Assembly: GCA_045652135.1 (NCBI GenBank) | Contig: JAZRTS010000155.1 | Location: forward strand, 1,765 to 65,764 | Reading direction: 5' to 3' | Length of the DNA stretch: 64,000 nt | From: Eubacteriales bacterium | GTDB taxonomy: Bacteria > Bacillota > Clostridia > Oscillospirales > CAG-272 | In this document: one piece after another, positions 15,805 to 22,901 of the stretch | Layout: the number at the start of each line of letters is the position of its first letter | Numbering within the stretch: the first letter of the stretch is position 1 | The notes under the pieces: generated by a model | Seen by the model: the letters and a program-made list of their open reading frames with translations, nothing else | What the model was told of the DNA's origin: nothing | Databases searched by the model: none | Translations under genes and position numbers: made by a program

Positions 15805-16344
15805 ATGAAGAAACAAATATTGACTAAATATGATGTTCAAAAAGAACTGCTTACGAGATTAAACAAGCTTAAAGGCATTTCTGTATTTTTAACCTCTATC
15901 GTAATCGTTTGTATAATTCTTTACCCAATACACCTTATAAATTATTTGGACGATGCACCTTTTGATTATACGGGTATAAGAAGATTTCCTGACCTTACAC
16001 CGGTGGTTGTGATGTTCATTATGCCGCTTTTGATAATATTTTTTGTCATTAGCGTTTTTTACTTGTATTACATAGATCTGTATAAAATCAAAAAAGGCAA
16101 ATTTGAAATTATAGAAGATACAGTTTATCAAAAAGACAAGGAATGGCGGTTTTATTACAAAAATTCACAAAAAGAAAATTCACTATATTTTCATTGCGGC
16201 AGAGTGGCGGTTGAAGATGAAGTGTATTCATATTCTGATATAGGAGATAATTTTTATATTGTGATGTTGAAATCAAAATTAAAATCAAAAAACAATCCTC
16301 GCTTAGCATATCATACAAAACATTATGAAATGGATTTAAATTGA
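15805..16344 (+). CDS. Hypothetical membrane protein (2 TM helices + ~90-aa soluble C-terminal domain)
   Basis: Start moved from 15706 to the in-frame ATG at 15805 (MKKQILTKYD; G-rich SD GGCGGGGG). The upstream part of the track ORF is made of the array-C repeats and precedes the promoter. Confidence 0.7.
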   Translation: MKKQILTKYDVQKELLTRLNKLKGISVFLTSIVIVCIILYPIHLINYLDDAPFDYTGIRRFPDLTPVVVMFIMPLLIIFFVISVFYLYYIDLYKIKKGKFEIIEDTVYQKDKEWRFYYKNSQKENSLYFHCGRVAVEDEVYSYSDIGDNFYIVMLKSKLKSKNNPRLAYHTKHYEMDLN

Positions 16345-16396
16345 TATATGCCATCTGTTTCGGTCTTAAATTATTAAAAATCGTTTGAGTTGTAAA

Positions 16397-16486
16397 TCAT
16401 ACGCAAACTTTTGAAAATATCTTTTTCGTATTCCAATACAGCAGAAAAAGCACACGTTTGTTATCAAGACAATGTGTGCTTTTTTC
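16397..16486 (+). repeat. Direct repeat copy 2 (~90 bp, terminator-like hairpin)
   Basis: TCATACGCAAA...AGAAAAAGCACACGTTTGTTATCAAGACAATGTGTGCTTTTTTC. Likely terminates the 15805-16344 gene. Confidence 0.6.
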
Positions 16487-16580
16487 TCAATATGACAAAT
16501 TCCGTATTTACAATGATATAAAAAAATAGTACTGATACGATATATTTATTAAATCACACATTAAACTTTACAATACACCC

Positions 16581-16609
16581 TTGAACTTTCTGTTTCGGTA
16601 GTGTATAAT
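16581..16609 (+). promoter_or_regulatory. Promoter of the kinase/PqqD/peptidase/NTase cassette
   Basis: TTGAAC (16581-16586), 17-nt spacer, TATAAT (16604-16609). Confidence 0.55.
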
Positions 16610-16692
16610 TGTATACGGATATTTATATCAATTTCCAAAAGACATAAATAAAATTATTGAAAAATAAAAACTGATTAGGGAACTTTTGTTTA

Positions 16693-17412
16693 ATGCCAAA
16701 AATTATCTGTAAAATCGCCGATATAGTCACAGAAGTGCCTTCTTCGGGCGGTATGGAGCTGCGATGTGGGGATTATATTTATAACGGCGATGAATTGCCC
16801 GATATTATAATCGATGAGGGCAAATATCACCCTGAAAAATACGGGTGCAATTTTTCTGCTGATAATATAGCATATATGGAGTCTGCACGGCAATTTTATA
16901 CACAGCTTTTACATAGAGACGGTTTTTATTTACATGCTTCGGCTGTTGAGCTTGACGGACAAGCTTATCTTTTCTCCGGTAAAAGCGGTATCGGAAAATC
17001 AACACATACACGCCTGTGGCAGCAGTTTTTCGGTGACAGGGTTCATATCTTTAACGATGACAAGCCTGCACTCAGGTTTATCGACGGAAAATGGTATGCA
17101 TACGGCACTCCCTGGTGCGGAAAAGACGGTATCAATAAAAACGTAAAGGTGCCTCTTGCAGGAATATGTTTTTTAAAACAGTCGGTGCGTAACGAAATAC
17201 GTCGCATTTCTACCCTTGAAGCAATACCAAGGATAACGTCACAGACGATATACAAGTTCAGAGACACGGAACGGCTCGAACTTTTGCTCGGACATCTTGA
17301 CAAATTACTTACGATAGTTCCGATATATGAGCTTGAAAATAAGCCGGAAAAAGAAGCTGTGCTTTTAAGTTATAATACTATGCGGCGCGGTGCGGAGGAA
17401 AGCAATTTATGA
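16693..17412 (+). CDS. HPr-kinase-C-terminal-like P-loop kinase (HprK-related, peptide/protein-modification type)
   Basis: LHASAVELDGQAYLFSGKSGIGKSTHTRLW P-loop block characteristic of the Hpr_kinase_C fold. 239 aa, with no HPr-kinase N-terminal domain. Confidence 0.75.
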   Translation: MPKIICKIADIVTEVPSSGGMELRCGDYIYNGDELPDIIIDEGKYHPEKYGCNFSADNIAYMESARQFYTQLLHRDGFYLHASAVELDGQAYLFSGKSGIGKSTHTRLWQQFFGDRVHIFNDDKPALRFIDGKWYAYGTPWCGKDGINKNVKVPLAGICFLKQSVRNEIRRISTLEAIPRITSQTIYKFRDTERLELLLGHLDKLLTIVPIYELENKPEKEAVLLSYNTMRRGAEESNL

Positions 17413-17687
17413 AATTAAGTGAAAATTTTGTGTTGAAGCAGGTTGCAGGATCATACATAGTGCTTCCTATAGGTGGCTCAATAGTTGATTTTAACGGTAT
17501 GCTCACGCTTAACGAGTCGGGTGTTCTTCTGTGGAACACTCTCAAGCAAGGATGTGATATCGAAGGGCTTGTTGATGCGCTTACGACCGAATACAAGGTG
17601 TCGCGCGAAGTAGCGCGTGACGATATAAATGAATTTTTAACTAAACTGGCAAATGCCGGATGTATAGAAGGAGCGCTTGATGAATAA
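17409..17687 (+). CDS. PqqD-family protein (RiPP recognition element-type peptide chaperone)
   Basis: 92 aa. FVLKQVAGSYIVLP...LTLNESGVLLWNTLKQGCDIEGLVDALTTEYKVSREVARDDINEFLTKLANAG matches the PqqD pattern. ATGA overlap with the kinase gene. Confidence 0.85.
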   Translation: MKLSENFVLKQVAGSYIVLPIGGSIVDFNGMLTLNESGVLLWNTLKQGCDIEGLVDALTTEYKVSREVARDDINEFLTKLANAGCIEGALDE

Positions 17688-18108
17688 GGTACTGTTAATA
17701 TTGCTGGCCGCGACGCTTATCCTTGCCGGTGTATCTTGTGTAAGGGCGGATGATGCGAAGGGAGATTCTTCGGAATCGACAGATAAAGCTGTAACTTGTA
17801 TAGATACGGATGATACCGGCGAAAAAGAGGAAGATCGTGCAACTGAAGACGAAACCCAAAACTTTACTGCAGAGTCTGATTCCGCTGACTCTGTTGTAAC
17901 GAAAACCCCGGATGAAATGCCTAACATTACTTATGAAGATTATATTAACATGACGGCGCAGCAACAGACTGACTTTATAAAAAGCTTTTCATCCGTTGGA
18001 AAATTTACCGAATGGTATAATGCCGCTAAATCAAAGTATGATATAGACAACGATAAAATATATATTGGTGAGGAAAGTATCGATTTAGGGGATATTTTCA
18101 ACAAGTGA
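17677..18108 (+). CDS. Secreted acidic protein with a conserved 59-aa C-terminal module (candidate substrate of the cassette)
   Basis: Signal MMNKVLLILLAATLILAGVSCVRA|DD, then a D/E/T-rich linker. The C-terminal TYEDYINM...EWYNAAKSKYD...IDLGDIFNK is shared with the 24637-25224 product. The start lies 11 nt inside the PqqD gene. Confidence 0.75.
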   Translation: MMNKVLLILLAATLILAGVSCVRADDAKGDSSESTDKAVTCIDTDDTGEKEEDRATEDETQNFTAESDSADSVVTKTPDEMPNITYEDYINMTAQQQTDFIKSFSSVGKFTEWYNAAKSKYDIDNDKIYIGEESIDLGDIFNK

Positions 18109-18143
18109 AATGTATTACTTGGCAGATGAAAGGAGATATAACT

Positions 18144-18644
18144 GTGAAAAAAAATATTCCATCGCCTGCCAAGTCACGTTTTATATTTCTTGACGATTTG
18201 ATACCTGTGATTCAAGAGCAGATAGATGCAGGACGCAACGTAAAGTTTTCACCGCGTGGAGTAAGTATGCTTCCTATGCTGAGGCAGGGAATTGACAGTG
18301 TTGAGCTGTCAGGTGCGCCCGAGCGGCTGGAAAAATACGATATTGTGCTTTACCGCAGAGACAGTGGGCAGTACGTGCTTCACAGAATAGTCGGTATAAA
18401 TGGGACGTATACGTGCATAGGCGATGCCCAATTTGATAAGGAATTCGGAATCAGACGCGATCAGATAATTGCAGTTGTGACATCGTTTTACAGAGGAGGG
18501 CGACACCGTTCCGTTAAAAATGTTTTATACCGTTTGTACTGCCGCATATGGCATTACAGCAGGGGAATAAGACGTTTTATAAAGAACTTGGCCGGATGGC
18601 TTAAACGACACGTGAGCGCATTATTTTCTCATTCGGAGAAGTAA
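18144..18644 (+). CDS. S24/S26-family serine peptidase, apparently soluble, with an ER/SipW-type Ser-His motif pair
   Basis: SPRGVSMLPML (nucleophile Ser box) and YVLHRIVGINGTYTCIGD (His where bacterial SPase I and LexA have Lys). Start taken at GTG 18144 (AAAGGAG SD, 8-nt spacing). An alternative GTGA-overlap start exists at 18105. Confidence 0.7.
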   Translation: MKKNIPSPAKSRFIFLDDLIPVIQEQIDAGRNVKFSPRGVSMLPMLRQGIDSVELSGAPERLEKYDIVLYRRDSGQYVLHRIVGINGTYTCIGDAQFDKEFGIRRDQIIAVVTSFYRGGRHRSVKNVLYRLYCRIWHYSRGIRRFIKNLAGWLKRHVSALFSHSEK

Positions 18645-18647
18645 TTT

Positions 18648-19829
18648 ATGGATATTATAAAACAAGGTATTTTAATACTTATAAAAAGTGCCGTTTTGGG
18701 GAAAGCGTTAAAACTTCCCGACGGTTTTTCACTTGATGAGGCATTTACTGCCATTGCGGAGCACCGTATTATTTCTATGGCTTATACGGGCGCTGTTAAT
18801 TGCGGAATTCCTCTTTCATTGCCCATAATGCAAAAAATGCTTTTTTACAGTGCTAAGCTGATGATGATATCGGAAAAGCAGATGCAGGCTGTGGAAAAAG
18901 TTAGCAAGATCTTTTCTGAAAATGAAATAGATCATATGCCTGTCAAAGGCTGTATTATGAAAACGCGTTATCCCACACCTGCGCTTCGATATATGGGAGA
19001 TGCGGACATTTTGATACGCAAAGAACAATATGATAAAATTTCTCCCATAATGGAAAAGCTCGGTTTTTCCATTGAAGAAGAATGTGACCATGTTTTTGTG
19101 TGGAAATCGCAGGAGCTTTTGCTTGAGCTTCACGTGAAGCTGATACCGTCAAGTGAGCATCTGCTTTATGAGTATCTCGGCGACGGTTGGAGATTAGCGA
19201 AAGAAAAGAACGGCTATTGCTATGCAATGACTAAAGAAGATGAATTTATATTTTCATTTATTCATTTTGTAAAGCATTACCGTGACAGCGGCATAGGATG
19301 CCGTCACGTGGTTGACCTATGGATAATGGACAGACTTTTCGATGATGACAGCCGCGCGTATATCAAAAGAGAACTCACAAAGATGCGCCTTGACATTTTT
19401 TATGAAAATATGGTGCGCGTTATAAAAAGTTGGTTCGAAGACGGTGAAAGTGACATCATTACCGAACATATAACACAGTTTATATTTTCCTGCGGCAACT
19501 GGGGGCAAGCCAAGACGCAAGCAATGGCGCGGCAAATGCTCACGGTAGATACGGATGATCCAAAGAAAATGAGCAGAAAATTACTGTTAAAGGACATATT
19601 TCCACCGCGTGAGAGGATAAAGGGAGAATATCCGATACTCGAAAAGGCACGGTTTATGTTGCCTTTTGTGTGGATATGGCGTATAATCAAAACAGTGATA
19701 TTTAAACGTGACAGCGTTCGCCGTTCGGTCAAAAGGGCATCACTGCTGAATGAACAGGCAGTAAACGATTTCAGACAAAATCTCAAAATCGTTGGTCTTG
19801 AACCGAATACGAGGGTGGATCGAAAATAA
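18648..19829 (+). CDS. PF14907-like (NTP_transf_5) uncharacterised nucleotidyltransferase family protein
   Basis: 393 aa. IDHMPVKGCIMKTRYPTPALRYMGDADILIRKEQYDKISPIMEKLGF...LLELHVKL matches the family pattern. Starts 4 nt after the peptidase stop. Confidence 0.75.
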   Translation: MDIIKQGILILIKSAVLGKALKLPDGFSLDEAFTAIAEHRIISMAYTGAVNCGIPLSLPIMQKMLFYSAKLMMISEKQMQAVEKVSKIFSENEIDHMPVKGCIMKTRYPTPALRYMGDADILIRKEQYDKISPIMEKLGFSIEEECDHVFVWKSQELLLELHVKLIPSSEHLLYEYLGDGWRLAKEKNGYCYAMTKEDEFIFSFIHFVKHYRDSGIGCRHVVDLWIMDRLFDDDSRAYIKRELTKMRLDIFYENMVRVIKSWFEDGESDIITEHITQFIFSCGNWGQAKTQAMARQMLTVDTDDPKKMSRKLLLKDIFPPRERIKGEYPILEKARFMLPFVWIWRIIKTVIFKRDSVRRSVKRASLLNEQAVNDFRQNLKIVGLEPNTRVDRK

Positions 19830-19870
19830 AAAAAAGGCTGACTCAATTTATGAGCCAGCCATATTTTTTT
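19827..19870. terminator. Bidirectional terminator between convergent genes
   Basis: A-run, GGCTGACTCA-attta-TGAGCCAGCC (9/10 bp), T-run. Confidence 0.75.
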
Positions 19871-19872
19871 GA

Positions 19873-21165
19873 TCAAGAAGCTTTAATTGCGATATCGGTC
19901 ATAACTGTATTCGCTCTGTATGACCATACACCGAAGTAACCGTCTTTGTTGACCACTGCAGAGCCTGAATATACGATTCTGTTGTTATGATCTCGTACAA
20001 CAGCCTGATCGTATTCCTCGCTCAAGTGTATACTGCAGATCATATATTTGTTGCCGTCGGATGAGTACATATAGTATTTTATAACATCGCCGGCATCAAC
20101 AACAACGAGCTTGTGAGCTGTGGAGCAATCCTCGGGAAGTGTAACGAATGACGGTCTGTAATTCCAAGAATATCTGTCGCCGCCTCTGCCAAAGAACAAT
20201 GATGCTTGCTTTGTTCCGTTAAAGGCAAGATAAATTCCGCCGGGATCTCTTGCAGTCTTACGCTTGTCTGTGATTCTGACACCGACGAAGGAAGCATCTG
20301 TAGGCTCTGTTGAGTCTGCTATCTCACTTGTTGATGTGAGAGTCAAATGGAATTCATACTGGCTGTATTCTTTTCCGGGTTCATACTTCTGGCTGAGAGC
20401 AAGTGTGCCTTCCTTTGAGGGCTGTTCAAATATAACTGTGGAATTTTCTGCAATGACAGCCTTGTCATCTGACGGAGCTGTGTAAATGTCGAGCATTGCG
20501 GGGTTAGGCATCGTGGCAGGGTTAGGTCTGTAAGCGCGGACAAAATTGCCTATCGGCTCTGTGAAGGGCTGGGGGCCTTTTGTACCGTTGATTCTTTCAT
20601 TTGATCCGCCGTCATATCTTTTGTTGGTGCCTGCACACATAAATACGTGCGCGGGGTTACCTTTGGCATCGGGATTTACAAATACGATGTCACCCGCTTT
20701 GATGTTTCTTGTGCTTTCGATAAGCTCAAAATCGTGTTCTTCAAAATATCTGTAAAGGTTCAAGCCGTGGCGGTAATCCTGATCGATAAATCCTGCACGG
20801 AAAAGTATCCACGATACCATTCTGTCACATGCAACGATTCTTTCCTTGGGGTTTATTGCTTCTTTTGCATTGAGTGTACGCCAGTTGATAGCGGGGTTTA
20901 TTTCCGCATCTCCGTATATGAAGTTGTTGTCACGTATGAAGTCAGCAACAACCTTACCCTCTGTCATAAGTCTTTCAACAAGCTCCTCGTATGTAGGCGG
21001 AGTCCACTCATCAACAACGGGCGGTTCAGCTTCTGTAACAACATCTGTTGTTTCTGCATCTGTTGCTTGTTCGCTGCCGTTTGTTGTATCATCATTGCTT
21101 CCTCCGCAGGAGAGCATGGATAATGCGCAAATTAAACAAAGCGCACGAAGTAAAAATTTTTTCAT
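19873..21165 (-). CDS. Paralog family member 1: lipoprotein, papain-fold (Cys-His-Asp) domain + ConA/LamG-like beta-sandwich
   Basis: Signal ...CALSMLSCGG. Blocks RIVACDRMVSWILFRAGF, IKAGDIVFV, AHVFMCAGTNKRYDGGS. C-terminal domain ends DGYFGVWSYRANTVMTDIAIKAS. Confidence 0.8.
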   Translation of the reverse strand: MKKFLLRALCLICALSMLSCGGSNDDTTNGSEQATDAETTDVVTEAEPPVVDEWTPPTYEELVERLMTEGKVVADFIRDNNFIYGDAEINPAINWRTLNAKEAINPKERIVACDRMVSWILFRAGFIDQDYRHGLNLYRYFEEHDFELIESTRNIKAGDIVFVNPDAKGNPAHVFMCAGTNKRYDGGSNERINGTKGPQPFTEPIGNFVRAYRPNPATMPNPAMLDIYTAPSDDKAVIAENSTVIFEQPSKEGTLALSQKYEPGKEYSQYEFHLTLTSTSEIADSTEPTDASFVGVRITDKRKTARDPGGIYLAFNGTKQASLFFGRGGDRYSWNYRPSFVTLPEDCSTAHKLVVVDAGDVIKYYMYSSDGNKYMICSIHLSEEYDQAVVRDHNNRIVYSGSAVVNKDGYFGVWSYRANTVMTDIAIKAS

Positions 21166-21276
21166 TGTGTATCATCCTTTATCTTTTATTGGGTAATACC
21201 CTTGGAAAATTATATACTATAAGAGAAGCTATGTCAATAACAATGTTTGAATAATTTTTTACTTAAATATATGCAG

Positions 21277-21310
21277 TGAAAAAAACGGTCACAGCTTTGC
21301 GCTGTGGCCG
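21277..21310 (-). terminator. Terminator of paralog 2
   Basis: CGGTCACAGC-tttgc-GCTGTGGCCG, with a T-run on the minus strand. Confidence 0.7.
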
Positions 21311-21324
21311 TTTTGATATGAGCT

Positions 21325-22611
21325 TTAAGAAGCTTTGAGTGCAATATCGGTTATATTTGTGTTTGCTTTGTATGACCATACACCGAAATAACCCTCTTGG
21401 TTTATCGTTGTAGAGCCTGAATATACGATCTTACCGCTATGGTCACGGGCTACTGCCTGATTGTATTCCTCGCTGATGTGTATAGTGCAAATGAGGTATT
21501 CTGTGCCGTCTTCGAGATACATATAGTACTTGATAACATCACCTGTGTCAACAACGGCTATCTTGTGCGCTGTTGTAAATGTTTCGGGCAGAGTGATAAC
21601 GGAAGCAGTGTCATACCAACGGTGTCTGTTGTCCTGCTGTCCGAAGAAGAGACCTGCCTTGTTCGTGCCGTTGAGTGAAAGGAAGATTCCGCCGGGCTCT
21701 CTTGCGTTTTTGCGCTTCTCAGTCATTCTTACACCTATGTACGATGCTTCGCTTATCTCCGTTGAACCTGCGTTTTCACTTGTTGATGTAAGTGAAAGGT
21801 GAAGCTCATACTGGCTGTATTCTTTTCCGGGATCGCAAAGAGGATTGAGGGAAAGTGTGCCTTCTTTTTTATCCTGCTCATAAATCACGGTAGAATTACC
21901 GCTTACGGTTGCAACGTCGTCTGCAGGGACGTCATATATCTTCAGCATAGACGGATTTGGCATTTTTTCAGGACTCGGTCTGTAAGCGCGGACAAAATTG
22001 TTTATCGGCTCTGTGAAAGGCTGAGGACCTTTTGAACCGTTGATTCTTTCGTTTGAACCGCCGTCATATCTCTTATTAGGGCCGGCGCACATAAATACGT
22101 GCAAGGGGTTGCCGTTTGCATCGGGGTTTACGAATACTATATCTCCTGCCTTGATAGATCTTGTGTTTTCAACACGCTCAAAGCCGTGTGTATCGAAATA
22201 TTCATAAAGGTCTATGCCGTGGCGGTAATCCTGATCGATAAATCCTGCGCGGAAAAGTATCCAGGAAACGAGTCTGTCGCAAGCAACGATCCTCTCATTG
22301 GGGTCTATTGCTTCGTTTGCGTTGAGTGTGCGCCAGTTGATTGCAGGGTTTATCTGCGCATCGCCGTATATGAATTTGTTGTCGCGTACAAAATCCGCAA
22401 CGATCTTGCCTTCTGCCATGAGAATATCAACAAGCTCCTCGTATGTAGGGGGAGTCCAGTTGTCGACAACAGGTACATCTGCTTCTGTTGTCGGTGCTGT
22501 TGTTTCCGCCGATGTATCTGACGGTGCTGATGTGTCTGCGTTGTTGCCTGAGCAAGAGAACATTGACAGAGCACATATCAAACAAAGTGTACGTAACAAT
22601 AATTTTTTCAT
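21325..22611 (-). CDS. Paralog family member 2: lipoprotein, papain-fold domain + ConA/LamG-like beta-sandwich
   Basis: Collinear with member 1 throughout and highly similar to it (RIVACDRLVSWILFRAGF, LHVFMCAGPNKRYDGGS, EGYFGVWSYKANTNITDIALKAS). Confidence 0.8.
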   Translation of the reverse strand: MKKLLLRTLCLICALSMFSCSGNNADTSAPSDTSAETTAPTTEADVPVVDNWTPPTYEELVDILMAEGKIVADFVRDNKFIYGDAQINPAINWRTLNANEAIDPNERIVACDRLVSWILFRAGFIDQDYRHGIDLYEYFDTHGFERVENTRSIKAGDIVFVNPDANGNPLHVFMCAGPNKRYDGGSNERINGSKGPQPFTEPINNFVRAYRPSPEKMPNPSMLKIYDVPADDVATVSGNSTVIYEQDKKEGTLSLNPLCDPGKEYSQYELHLSLTSTSENAGSTEISEASYIGVRMTEKRKNAREPGGIFLSLNGTNKAGLFFGQQDNRHRWYDTASVITLPETFTTAHKIAVVDTGDVIKYYMYLEDGTEYLICTIHISEEYNQAVARDHSGKIVYSGSTTINQEGYFGVWSYKANTNITDIALKAS

Positions 22612-22729
22612 TATGATATATCCTTTTCTTTGGAAATTGGGAATTATCCCACTAAATTATATACTATGCCGTGCTTATTTGTCAATAGCAATATATAAAG
22701 AAAAAAATAATACTTAGCCAAGATAATTT

Positions 22730-22784
22730 GAAAAATAAAAAATGAGGCGGCTCATTTTGAGAATTGTTCCCAAGACGAGCCGCC
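22730..22784 (-). terminator. Terminator of paralog 3
   Basis: GGCGGCTC...GAGCCGCC long hairpin, with a T-run on the minus strand. The sequence resembles the hairpin at 33253-33290. Confidence 0.6.
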
Positions 22785-22901
22785 ACGTAAGTTCTTTTAA
22801 AATATTTTTCTGTGGTTTTTAACCGATTTATACATTTTGAAAAAGACGCCAGATGTGTCCCATATATTTCCTTAGATGAGACGGTTCCGTTTCAAAGTGC
22901 G

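Noticed and set aside
12655-16490. Mobile genetic element or prophage remnant at the tRNA loci.
   Set aside because: No integrase, transposase, recombinase or phage gene is present, and neither tRNA 3' end is duplicated. The repeats are reported as such without calling a mobile element.
16693-19829. Lasso-peptide biosynthetic cluster (PqqD + HPr-kinase-like + nucleotidyltransferase are classic lasso tailoring or accessory genes).
   Set aside because: No Asn-synthetase-like cyclase, no transglutaminase-like leader protease and no short precursor ORF are visible in or next to the operon. I therefore report it as an unclassified modification cassette, not a lasso cluster.
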